From an uncultured Kordia sp. (GTDB lineage Bacteria; Bacteroidota; Bacteroidia; Flavobacteriales; Flavobacteriaceae), in assembly GCA_964535135.1 (NCBI GenBank), contig CAZHSA010000001.1, positions 1 through 52,545 on the forward strand: 52,545 bases of DNA, read 5' to 3'. The first letter of the stretch is position 1. The number at the start of each line of letters is the position of its first letter. Below, piece after piece: positions 37,001 through 46,073 of the stretch. The notes beneath the pieces were generated by a model. The model saw nothing but the letters and a program-made list of their open reading frames with translations. It ran no database searches and had not been told where the DNA came from. A program made the translations under genes and the position numbers.

Positions 37001-40000
37001 GGCTGTGTAGCGACAGAACTCTGTAAAGACCGTTTGTGGATCAATGTTTGTCCAATTGGCGTTACTGTAAGCTACATCATCTACTTCGAGACAGGTTAAG
37101 CTTGGATTGTTTGATGCATCAAAACTTGTAATTGCCGTATTGTTACCATTTTTGATGGTGAATGTTGTAAAATCATTGCTAGACACATTTACCACTTCTA
37201 AATTTGGATTACTTACCAAATTCAATTCGGTAATATCTGCGTTGTAAGCTTCTAAAATTTTTAAAGCGGTACAGTCAGATACATCTAATGCAGTTAAATT
37301 ACAATTATATACTTTTAATTCTTCTAGATTAGCGGTATTGGTCAGATTTATAGACACTAAATTATTAGTATCGTGTGCAACTAATTTTATCATTAATGGA
37401 TTGTTGGAAAGATCTAAGGAAGTAATGTTTGTAAAACTTACGTCAATGCCTTCTAACGCTGCACAATCAGTTACATCTACAGCAGTTAACGGTGTGTTGA
37501 ATATTTTTAAATCTCTTAAGTTAACTGCATTAGAAACATCAATAAACGTAAGCCTATTGTTGTCCTGTGCTTGTATATCTGTTAGTTGCGTATTGTTTGA
37601 AAGATCTAGTGAATCAATTCGTGTTGTGTTACACAATAGTACTCTTAATGCTGTATTTTGTGAAACGTCTAGTTCTGTAATGAGCGTGTTAAATTTTAAA
37701 ACTAAACCTGTTAGCGCAGTATTGTTTGAAACGTCTACAGTTGTTGTAAGACGATTTCTTTCCAAATCCAGAATTCTTAATGCTGAATTGTTTGTGACGT
37801 CTACAGAAGCTAGTCTATTGTTTTGCAAATCAATCACTTCTAAAAGTGCATTGTTTTGAATGTTTAGACTATCAATGAAATTAAATTTCGCAACGACCGT
37901 TGTCAATGCTGTGTTATTTTGAAGATTAAGCGTAGTGATAGAATTGTTTTGACAATCCAAATAGGTTAAGGCCGTGAAATCTTCAATTCCTGTTAAATCA
38001 TTAATGCTTTGATTTCTAACATCTAAGTTTGTAACCGTTGCTATTAAATCTGTTGGCACTTGTCCATCACCTGAAATATCATCGTAGCCTAACGCTTCTA
38101 AACGTGCTTCAAAGTTAGCGTCTGGAATCGTTGTATAGTTACAATAATCGGTTCCAATAAAACTTGCAGTAGCGTCTACATTGGTAAAGTTTGCGGTTGC
38201 ATACGCAACATCGTCTACAAAAATACAGGTTAGATTTGCATTGTCTCTTGCATCAAAATTGATAAAGTTGACATTGTTTCCGTTGCGGATGTTTAGTTCT
38301 GTAAAAAGATTCAATCTACAATCTAAATCGGTTAGCAATGGCAACATACTTACGTCTAATTCATTTAAACCTGAATCTCTACAATCTAACTTTTGTAAGT
38401 TGGTATTCGTTGATAAATTGATTGTTTGAAACGAATTGAATTTACAATCTAATTCTTGCAATTGCGTTAAATCTGTTAAGTTGATGGTATCAATACTTGA
38501 TGAATCGCATATCAAAGTGATTAAATTTGTGTTTGATCTTAAGTCTAGATCTGAAACATTATTGTTACGCATGTTTAAGTACTGTAATGCCGTAAACGCT
38601 TCAATTCCTGTGAGGTTTTGTATAGCAGTTACTGAGGATACACTTTCTATATCTAATGACGTAACACCTTCAATGAGTGCCGTTGGCACTTGTCCATCAC
38701 CCGAAATATCATCGTATCCCAACGCTTCTAAACGTGCTTCAAAATTTACATCTGGAACTGCCGTGTAGTTACAATAGTCAGTATCTGAAAAATTCACACC
38801 AGCATCCACATTGGTAAAGTTCGTTTGTGCGAAAGTAACATCATCTACTAAAATACAAGTCAAATTAGGGTTCGTAGCGGCATTGAAATTGGTGAAATTG
38901 ACATTGTTTCCATTTTGAATGTTTACTTCTGTGAGTGAGTTAAAACTACAATTTACATCCGTCAACAAAGGAAGCATGCTTACATTCAATGTCCCTATAT
39001 TATTTTCTCTACAATCTAGTTTTCTAAGATTTTCATTTGTAGCAACTACTAGTTCAGTTAACAGGTTAAATCCACAATTCAATTCTTCAAGTTGGGTTAA
39101 CCCTGTGACATCAATGGATTGTAAACCATTTGCAGTAGATGTTAGCGTGATTAAATTACTGTTTGATCTTAGATCTAAACTGTCTACATCATTTGCATTT
39201 ATGTTTAAATGTTGAAGTGCTGCAAACGCTTCAATTCCCGTTAAATCTTGTATAATGTTGGATACTGTAATATTTTCTACATCTAAGGAAGTTACGACCT
39301 CAATTAATGCTGTTGGTACTTGTCCATCACCAGAAATATCATCGTATCCTAAGGCTTCTAAACGCGCTTCAAAGTTGGCGTCTGGAATGGTTGTGTAGCG
39401 ACAAAACGTATCACTGAAAGCAACTTGCGGATCTACATTCGTCCAAGTGTTGGTACTATACGTTGCATCATCTACAACCACACAGAATAGGTTTGGATTG
39501 TTTCCAATCCTAAAAGCATTGTTATTAATATTGGTATTGTTTCCGTTTTGTACGTTTAAAAATGATAATACTGTATTTTCTAAAATAATATTATCTAGCG
39601 ATGTGTTTGCTGATAAATCTAGGCTTGTAATAGCAGTATCACTAGCATTTATATCTCTGAGTGAAGTATTTTGAGAGACATCTACATCAGTGAGTGCAGT
39701 ATTATCTATTTCTAAACTTCTTAATGCGGTCAGCATAGTTATGTCAATCTCTGTAATAGCTGCTCCCGAGAGTGCTACCGTACGAAGCATTGGATTGTTG
39801 CCAAAGGTAATGGAAGAAAGTACCGTACTATTTCGCAGATATGCTTCTCTTAACGCAGTTTTGTTAGTTAGATTCACACTTGTTAGATAAGGATTGCTAT
39901 TTAGAAATAATTCTTGCAACGCTCCTTGATCTGTTAAATCCAATGAGTTTAATGGATTACTATTCAAGTTAAGAAAAGCTATGTTTGTAAGTCCTGTTAA

Positions 40001-43000
40001 GCTAAGACTGCTTAGGTTATTATTGTTAAGTTGAACTTCTTCCAAATTTGTATTGACACCAAAATTTACGGATGTTAATACATTATTACTTGCAGATACA
40101 TCTCTTAATTGTGAATTAGCACTCAAATTTAAACTTGAGAGTCCATTTTGGTCTACTACAAGCGTTTGTAATGCTGCAAAACCTTCAATCCCTGTTAAAT
40201 CTGAAATACTTCGATTGAAAAGATTCAAATTTGTCACCGTTGAAATTAATGCTGTAGGTACACGACCGTCATTTGGAATATCGTCATACCCTAATTGTCG
40301 CAGACGTGTTTCAAAATTGTTATCAAGAATTGTTGTGTACTCACAATAATCTGTACTTGTAAATTGTACTTGCGAATCTACTAATGTCCAGTTTGTCGTA
40401 CTGTAGGCTGCATCATCTACCAAAACACAAGTTAATCCACTATTTCCAATGATGGAGAAAATTAGAATGTTGGTATTGTTTCCGTTTCTAACATTCGCTG
40501 CTGTTAAATTGTTATTGTTTAAACGAATTGTACGTAAATTTCCATTGTTCGATAAATCAATACTTGTCAGTTGGTTGTTTTGCGCTGAGAAGTTATCAAG
40601 CAGCGTATTATTTGATAAATCAATTGTACTTAATTGATTGTTATTAATACTCAGAAATTCTAGATTCACGTTTGCATCTAATGCCAATACAGGAATCGCG
40701 TTAGAATCAGCTTGCAACTCTATTAAATTTGTCAAAGAAGTTACATCCAATGCTGTGAGCATGTTATTAGACAATGAAACTCTTTCCAATGCAGTGTTAT
40801 TATTTAATGAAATGGAATTTAAGTTGTTGTCGTTAGCGGAAAGTTCTTCCAGCAGCGTTGCATTTTGAAGATTCAAACTTGAAAGATTGTTATTTTCTAC
40901 CAATAAACGTTCTAAGCTTGTATTGCTTGAAACGTTTAAAGTATTTAAGCTATTGTTATTCGCCTGTAAAGTGACCAATTGTGTTAAGCTTGACGTCGGA
41001 ATTTCAGTAATCGTATTGTCTGATACGTTTAAAGTTTGAAGATTAATAAAATCCTGAATCCCTGTCAAATCTGTAATTGCTTGATTGCTTACATTTAGCG
41101 AAGTTACAGGTGTAATTAATGGCGTTGGCACTTGTCCATCACCAGAAATATCGTCATAACCTAAGGTATTTAATACAGCTTCAAAGTTAGGATCGGTGAT
41201 TGTTGTGTAGTCGCAAAATGTATCACTTATGTTGGCATTACCTACCACAGTTCCCCAAGAATTGGTAAAAGCAGTAGCATTATCAACCAAAATACATGTT
41301 AAACTCGGATTTCCTACGGCAGTAAAGTCGGTTATTATCCCGTTGTTTCCGTTTTTTAGATTGATGGTTGTAAAGTTATTATTGTTTAATCGAACTGTTC
41401 TTAGCTGTGGAAATGTAGAAAGATCAATGCTTGTTAATTGATTACCACTTAAAATGAGTTCTCTTAAGAATGAATTGTTTCCGAAAGTAACATTCGCTAG
41501 CACGCCAATATCGTCAGCGTTTAGCAATATTAATTCTTCATTATTGGTAATATCTAGGGATTTGATGCTAGATTCATCTACTCGTAAAATTTTCAGCAAA
41601 GTATTGCGATCAGTATTGAGAGAGTCTAAACCTGTATTTGATAGATTTAGTTCCAATAATTGCGTTAAACTATCAATAGCAATGGACGTAGCAGGATTGT
41701 TAGATGCATCAAACACTTGCAGCGCTCTAAAATCTTGTATTCCTGTTAAGTCTGAAATGTTGTTTGAAGCAATATTTAAACTGTTTATAGTGCTTATTAA
41801 ATCGGTTGGCACTTGTCCGTCACCCACAATATCATCATAACCTAAATCGTTCAATCGTCCTTCAAAATTTGTATCAGGAATCGAAGTATAACCACAGTAA
41901 TCTGTTTCAGTATAGCTTGCCTGATCATCTTTAAACCAAGTACTATTTACATCTGATAGATTGTCAATAAAAATGCAGGTTAAGTTATCATTGTTACGCG
42001 CGTTCATGGTTAACAGTGTTGTACTATTTCCATTTCGAATGTTCAGTGCTGTCAACAGGTTGTTACTCACATCTAAATTTTCCAAATTTGGAAATGCAGA
42101 AAGATCTAAACTTGGCAATTCATTAAGTTGGATGTACAGGTTTCGTAATTGTGTGAGTCCCGTAATATTAATTGTTGAAATATCACAGTTGGCAGCATCT
42201 AAAGCTTCCAAAGCTGTATTATTTGTCAGATCTATTTCAGTTATTGGATTTGCTGCAATTCTTAAATCTGTTAAGGATGTAAAATCTTCAATTCCTGAGA
42301 GATCTTCAATTGATTTATTGATGACATTTAGAACAGTTACACCAGCAATGAAGCCTTTTGGCACTTGTCCATCACCTGGAATATCATCATAGCCTAAATC
42401 GCCCAAAGCTGCTTCAAAATCAGGATCAGGAATGCTTGTATAACAGCTAGTGTCAATATCACTAAAAAAAGTTTGTGTATCAATGGCTGTCCAATTGGTA
42501 GTACTATAATCAGCATCATCAACCTGTATACAATATAAATTCGGATTTTCGGCAGTTGTAAACGTTGTAATCGCAGTATTGAAACCGTTTCTAACATCTA
42601 AATAGGTAATATTATTTCCGTTTAAACCCACGACTGTTAAATTGGGATTGTTGCTTAAATCTATAGTGCCAGTAAGTGCATTTGAACCTGCAAATAATTC
42701 GGATAAATTTATATTATTTGAAACATCAATGGTAGCTAATGAATTACGGGCAATGCCTAAATAGTTGAGCGCAGTATTGTTACTTAAATCTAAGCTAGAT
42801 ACATTGTTGTCTTGAATGGCAATCGTCTCTAAATTGCTATTGTTTGTTACGTCTAAGCTTGCTAAGGTATTTTCTCGAATGGATATAGATCGTAAAGCTA
42901 TATTGGCACTGAGATCAACAGTTGTAAGCGAATTGCTATTTGCATTTAAAGTTTCTAGCGCAGTAAAATCTTCAATTCCTGTCAAGTCCATAATGAGTTG

Positions 43001-45325
43001 ATTGGAAACATCTAAGGAAGTTAGACCTTCAATCAATGAGGTTGGTACTTGTCCATCTGCTGCAATATCATCATACCCTAATGCATTCAAAGCAGCTTCA
43101 AAATTAGCATCGGGAATTGCTGTGTAATTACAAAAGGTAGAAGTAAAGACGGTAGCATTATTAACCTGTGTCCAGTTGTCAATACTGTAAGATACATCGT
43201 CTACCGCAATACAGGTAAGATTTGGACTGTTGCTTGCATCAAAATTTGTAATGTTGGTATTGTTTTGATTTTTTATATTGATTTCAGTGATGTCATTACT
43301 TCTTACCACAACAGTTTCTAGTAGTACATTTGTATTGAAGTTAAGTGTATTAATTCGTGTACCATCGCCAATATAAATTCGTAAAGCTGTATTTTGGGAA
43401 AGATTTAATTCACTAATAGGATTTAATCTGATTACCAATGTTTCTAAAAGCGAATTATTGGTAATATCAATTGCACCAATGCTATTTCTTTCACAATCTA
43501 AAGCTTCCAATGCGGGATTATTAGAAATATTGAGCATTGTCATGCTATTTCGTTCACAGTTGACACTTCTAAGCACTGTATTATATTGCAGATCAAGACT
43601 CGGAATACTGTTTCTTGCGCAATTTAAATTTTCTAGTACTGTATTATGCTGTAAATCCAATGCTGTGATAAGATTAAGTCCACAATTAAGGATTTGCAGA
43701 TTGGTATTGTATTGCAAATCAAGACTTGTTAAATTGTTTCGTTCACAGTTCAAATTGGTTAAAGCTGTAAACGCTTCAATTCCAGTTAAATCAGAAATAT
43801 TTCTATTAAAAAGATTTAAGCCTGTCACACTTTCAATAAAAACTGTCGGTACTTGTCCATCACCCGAAATATTATCATATCCTAAGGATTCTAAAGCTGC
43901 TTCAAAATTAGGATCGGGAATGGCGGTATAATTATTACATTCCACATCATTAAAACTTACTTGCGGATCAATACTTGTCCAGTTTGCATTACTATATCCC
44001 ACATTATCCACCAGAATACAGTTCAAATCTGGATTGTTTACAGCAACAAAAGTGGTAATATTGGTATTGTTACCATTTTGGATATTGAGATTGACTAAGT
44101 TATTGGTATTGACGCCTAAGATTTCCAAATTAGGATTATTGCTCAAGTCCAAATCTGTTAGTACATTGCCAGCAAGATATAATTGCTCTAAGTTTACATT
44201 ATTGCTTACATCTAAGCGTTCAAGACCATTATTTTCGATCAATAAATTTATAAGATTAGTATTGTTACTAATGTCTATCGTATTGACATTGTTATTACGC
44301 AAACGTAATATGCGTAATGCCGTATTATTGAGTACATTTAGTGAATCTACATTGTTATTGTTAAAATCAAGATACTCTAACGCTGTAAAATCCTGAATCC
44401 CGATGAGATTAGAAATACCTCTGTTGGAAACATCTAAGCTTGTTACATTTTCAATATAGACTTTTGGAACTTGTCCATCACCTGAAATATTATCGTAGCC
44501 TAATGCTTCTAATCTTGCTTCAAAATTGGAGTCGGGAATGGCAGTGTAATTATCACATTCCACCTCATTAAAACTTACTTGTGGATCAATACTTGTCCAG
44601 TTTGCATTACTATACGAGACATTGTCTACTAAAATACAGTTCAAATCTGGATTATTCCCCGCGACAAAAGTGGTGATATTGGCATTGTTTCCATTTTGGA
44701 TATTGAGATTGACTAAGTTATTGGTATTAACGCCTACGGTTTCTAAATTTGGATTGTTGCTTAAATCTAAATCTGTTAGTGAATTCCCTCCAACAAATAA
44801 ATCTTCTAAGTTTACATTATTGCTTATATCTAAGCGTTCAAGACCATTATCTCCAATTGATAAGACTCTAAGATTGATGTTGTTGCTGAGATCTATATTG
44901 GATACGTTGTTAAGACGAAGACGTAATCGTATCAATGCTGTATTGTTACTCACATTTAATGAATCTAAACTATTATTATCGAGATCCAGATATTGTAATG
45001 CTGTAAAATCCTCAATTCCAATAAGGGTTGAAATATTGGAACCATTTACATTAAGATTAGTGATTCCATTAATATTATTGGTCGGTACTTGTCCGTCATT
45101 TGGAATGTCATCATACGCACTCAGTGCTGCTTCAAAATTTGGATCGGGAATCGCGGTATAAGGATTCAACGTTTCCGAATGAGTTGTTTCTACAGTATCA
45201 GAATTTTGAGTTGATACTGTTTTTTTGGCTTTTGCTGATCGCCGCCCTTCAAAATTGCCATAAGCATTGAGTACAAATATTCCAGATATGAATACTCCAA
45301 AAAATAATAGTAATTTTTTCAACAT
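34040..45325 (-). CDS. Giant secreted surface protein: 12 capped LRR modules, HYR-like domains, beta-sandwich, C-type lectin, and a C-terminal VFLQG/HRNHL domain with duplicated Ca-binding motifs
   Basis: Signal peptide (AYG); 12 copies of the YT.I.D.(N)FE..L...DD...DG(Q/R)VP cap followed by LRRs and L.C..VD; CP.D...Y/FPVG.T HYR motifs; IGLTD..FSW..YTNW...EPND..E..WND C-type lectin; NANNDTVIQYSGTSPDT / DINMDGVIQYSGTSPDT. Confidence 0.9.
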   Translation of the reverse strand: MLKKLLLFFGVFISGIFVLNAYGNFEGRRSAKAKKTVSTQNSDTVETTHSETLNPYTAIPDPNFEAALSAYDDIPNDGQVPTNNINGITNLNVNGSNISTLIGIEDFTALQYLDLDNNSLDSLNVSNNTALIRLRLRLNNVSNIDLSNNINLRVLSIGDNGLERLDISNNVNLEDLFVGGNSLTDLDLSNNPNLETVGVNTNNLVNLNIQNGNNANITTFVAGNNPDLNCILVDNVSYSNANWTSIDPQVSFNEVECDNYTAIPDSNFEARLEALGYDNISGDGQVPKVYIENVTSLDVSNRGISNLIGIQDFTALEYLDFNNNNVDSLNVLNNTALRILRLRNNNVNTIDISNNTNLINLLIENNGLERLDVSNNVNLEQLYLAGNVLTDLDLSNNPNLEILGVNTNNLVNLNIQNGNNTNITTFVAVNNPDLNCILVDNVGYSNANWTSIDPQVSFNDVECNNYTAIPDPNFEAALESLGYDNISGDGQVPTVFIESVTGLNLFNRNISDLTGIEAFTALTNLNCERNNLTSLDLQYNTNLQILNCGLNLITALDLQHNTVLENLNCARNSIPSLDLQYNTVLRSVNCERNSMTMLNISNNPALEALDCERNSIGAIDITNNSLLETLVIRLNPISELNLSQNTALRIYIGDGTRINTLNFNTNVLLETVVVRSNDITEINIKNQNNTNITNFDASNSPNLTCIAVDDVSYSIDNWTQVNNATVFTSTFCNYTAIPDANFEAALNALGYDDIAADGQVPTSLIEGLTSLDVSNQLIMDLTGIEDFTALETLNANSNSLTTVDLSANIALRSISIRENTLASLDVTNNSNLETIAIQDNNVSSLDLSNNTALNYLGIARNSLATIDVSNNINLSELFAGSNALTGTIDLSNNPNLTVVGLNGNNITYLDVRNGFNTAITTFTTAENPNLYCIQVDDADYSTTNWTAIDTQTFFSDIDTSCYTSIPDPDFEAALGDLGYDDIPGDGQVPKGFIAGVTVLNVINKSIEDLSGIEDFTSLTDLRIAANPITEIDLTNNTALEALDAANCDISTINITGLTQLRNLYIQLNELPSLDLSAFPNLENLDVSNNLLTALNIRNGNSTTLLTMNARNNDNLTCIFIDNLSDVNSTWFKDDQASYTETDYCGYTSIPDTNFEGRLNDLGYDDIVGDGQVPTDLISTINSLNIASNNISDLTGIQDFRALQVFDASNNPATSIAIDSLTQLLELNLSNTGLDSLNTDRNTLLKILRVDESSIKSLDITNNEELILLNADDIGVLANVTFGNNSFLRELILSGNQLTSIDLSTFPQLRTVRLNNNNFTTINLKNGNNGIITDFTAVGNPSLTCILVDNATAFTNSWGTVVGNANISDTFCDYTTITDPNFEAVLNTLGYDDISGDGQVPTPLITPVTSLNVSNQAITDLTGIQDFINLQTLNVSDNTITEIPTSSLTQLVTLQANNNSLNTLNVSSNTSLERLLVENNNLSSLNLQNATLLEELSANDNNLNSISLNNNTALERVSLSNNMLTALDVTSLTNLIELQADSNAIPVLALDANVNLEFLSINNNQLSTIDLSNNTLLDNFSAQNNQLTSIDLSNNGNLRTIRLNNNNLTAANVRNGNNTNILIFSIIGNSGLTCVLVDDAAYSTTNWTLVDSQVQFTSTDYCEYTTILDNNFETRLRQLGYDDIPNDGRVPTALISTVTNLNLFNRSISDLTGIEGFAALQTLVVDQNGLSSLNLSANSQLRDVSASNNVLTSVNFGVNTNLEEVQLNNNNLSSLSLTGLTNIAFLNLNSNPLNSLDLTDQGALQELFLNSNPYLTSVNLTNKTALREAYLRNSTVLSSITFGNNPMLRTVALSGAAITEIDITMLTALRSLEIDNTALTDVDVSQNTSLRDINASDTAITSLDLSANTSLDNIILENTVLSFLNVQNGNNTNINNNAFRIGNNPNLFCVVVDDATYSTNTWTNVDPQVAFSDTFCRYTTIPDANFEARLEALGYDDISGDGQVPTALIEVVTSLDVENITVSNIIQDLTGIEAFAALQHLNINANDVDSLDLRSNSNLITLTSTANGLQSIDVTGLTQLEELNCGFNLLTELVVATNENLRKLDCRENNIGTLNVSMLPLLTDVNCSFNSLTEVNIQNGNNVNFTNFNAATNPNLTCILVDDVTFAQTNFTNVDAGVNFSDTDYCNYTAVPDVNFEARLEALGYDDISGDGQVPTALIEGVTSLDIESVSSVTAIQNLTGIEAFTALQYLNMRNNNVSDLDLRSNTNLITLICDSSSIDTINLTDLTQLQELDCKFNSFQTINLSTNTNLQKLDCRDSGLNELDVSMLPLLTDLDCRLNLFTELNIRNGNNVNFINFDARDNANLTCIFVDDVAYATANFTNVDATASFIGTDYCNYTTIPDANFEARLEALGYDDISGDGQVPTDLIATVTNLDVRNQSINDLTGIEDFTALTYLDCQNNSITTLNLQNNTALTTVVAKFNFIDSLNIQNNALLEVIDLQNNRLASVDVTNNSALRILDLERNRLTTTVDVSNNTALTGLVLKFNTLITELDVSQNTALRVLLCNTTRIDSLDLSNNTQLTDIQAQDNNRLTFIDVSNAVNLRDLKIFNTPLTAVDVTDCAALEGIDVSFTNITSLDLSNNPLMIKLVAHDTNNLVSINLTNTANLEELKVYNCNLTALDVSDCTALKILEAYNADITELNLVSNPNLEVVNVSSNDFTTFTIKNGNNTAITSFDASNNPSLTCLEVDDVAYSNANWTNIDPQTVFTEFCRYTAIPDAAFEAELEASGLDDISADGQVPTSLIENATSLNIGSVGVTDLTGIEAFTALENLKINTNTITTVNLSSNTNLRIVEFEDTTINNLVLDNNPLLESIEFEGAGQSVITDLDLSNSPLLQRVDINYVGLVNLTLPTQLPNLEILFIAGNNFASFDASGYPALRRISFSDNPNLSIFDFRNGNNTNILSANLLNLPNLTCMLVDDVAYATANFTNRDPQITFNEVDCVMPTISCPEDVIISNDPGICGASITIPMPTVIDDNTGCVQNDDLESYSEGLLLGQGGDWDTWNPGTTSESGNITTEQARSGTKSLKIEGVATGGPQDMVYKLGEKSFGSWELTYHLYVPSGNSAYSNVQKTEIAGTETASQIYYHSDGTGLFNVSGRLIPFNYPQDTWFEVKILANIDGDYGEISVDGTFVASHPFSDRNSGPVGVSTLGSVTFYPGTRSESDPNPNATPLFYVDDLSLCPVAVNDYNNTTDASDVYPVGNTLVDWTFTDIVGNVATCTQQIIVNDTQAPEVTNCPSDVTVNTCNATVNYEVPLALDNCDVAAITGFIYLGKLGNKAYYLSEAAFNAPDAFIDAEAQNGFVATIDSQELNELLTETTNAAGTGSVIIGLTDAADETVFSWHNGSTSDYTNWNDNEPNDFQDNEDYVELRSNGRWNDINATSARRYVLELSGLPMTQTAGLPSGSDFPVGTTTNTFEATDSEGNTITCSFDVTVEACTAFSLDVKVFLQGAALNPNTGEENLMRDDLRVSGMIPVRSPYDNAEAAPTAFDATGHDAIVDWVWVELRDKNDPTIVVEGRSYLLQRDGDIVARDGVSSLFYEVTDNTYYIAVKHRNHLGIMSNAALTFTATNSVDFTNSSAVVTFGNNAQTTSGMPSGVAAMWCGNANNDTVIQYSGTSPDTPNILSVVLNDPSNFLNFPTFSVTGYNANDINMDGVIQYSGTSPDTPFILQNVLAHPGNFLNFSTYQIVEQLPENVSTVIN

Positions 45326-45390
45326 GATAGATTTTTTTAATTATTATGGTTTTGACAATGGATGAGATATACTTGTCATTTTGAATGGAG

Positions 45391-45448
45391 CAAAGATGCT
45401 TAAAACTGTTTTCAAGAAAAAAAAAGTAGTGGTGATAAAGTATTAGCA
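45391..45448 (-). promoter_or_regulatory. Putative promoter of the giant gene: CATCTTTG -7 variant plus upstream 17-bp operator
   Basis: caaagatg at 45391 and gtgataaagtattagca at 45432; the same architecture recurs at 45939/45980. Confidence 0.6.
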
Positions 45449-45661
45449 AAATCCATAAAATACTAACAATCAGTGCTATATAATTATTTCTCATTAATAC
45501 ACTATATAGCTAAGATACTTTCTAAGTTTTACTTTTGGCTTATGCAAATTGCATATTACTCATTTGATCCTATCGTTTTTAAAAGAAATTAAGACGATTT
45601 ATTCTCATGGAATTTGTAAAGTAGATTGAAATGGAGTAAGTGTGTCTTTTGAAGTGTATAC

Positions 45662-45694
45662 AAAAAAAGAAAGATGGGAACTACCCCATCTTTC
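45662..45694 (-). terminator. Intrinsic terminator
   Basis: GAAAGATGGG/CCCATCTTTC 10-bp stem followed by U7 on the minus strand. Confidence 0.8.
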
Positions 45695-45932
45695 AACCAT
45701 AATAAAATAAACTAACTATTTACAATATCTAATATGTGTATATTAAACGTACTTAAATAGTAGTTTTTTTATCCAGATAGAATTTATCTGGATGTTCCCA
45801 ACGATCGAAATTTATCTTTTACAATAGTCTCGATCACTTTTTAACCTTTTCGTAAACTAAACTGCTATTGAGTGATGATCACTTTATAGAATAAAATATT
45901 ATGAAGTCATCTTTTACCCAACTCAATAATAC
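45662..45932 (-). ncRNA. Candidate ~270-nt structured small RNA
   Basis: Own promoter and terminator; no credible ORF; stems TATTGAGT/ACTCAATA, GATCGA/TCGATC and ATCCAGATA/TATCTGGAT. Confidence 0.5.
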
Positions 45933-45938
45933 CTGTTA

Positions 45939-45996
45939 CAAAGATGTAAGAACTAACTTTTTCTCCCAAGAAACCATCAGTGATAAAATGTTAGCA
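45939..45996 (-). promoter_or_regulatory. Second promoter with the same -7 variant and operator
   Basis: caaagatg at 45939 and gtgataaaatgttagca at 45980; 41-bp offset identical to the first copy. Confidence 0.6.
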
Positions 45997-46021
45997 GTGT
46001 GTTATTTTGGTATATTTTTTA

Positions 46022-46051
46022 GAAAAGAGTCCTGTAGAAGTGGCTCTTTTT
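46022..46051. terminator. Probable terminator after the LuxR-type gene
   Basis: AAAAGAGTC...GGCTCTTTT hairpin. Confidence 0.5.
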
Positions 46052-46073
46052 CACAAAAAAAGGAATCTCAGAC

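Noticed and set aside
34701-45161. Many plus-strand ORFs inside the giant gene
   Set aside because: Antisense shadows of repetitive Asn/Leu/Thr codons
45249-45494. 81-aa ORF upstream of the giant gene
   Set aside because: Low-complexity translation of promoter DNA overlapping the true start in another frame
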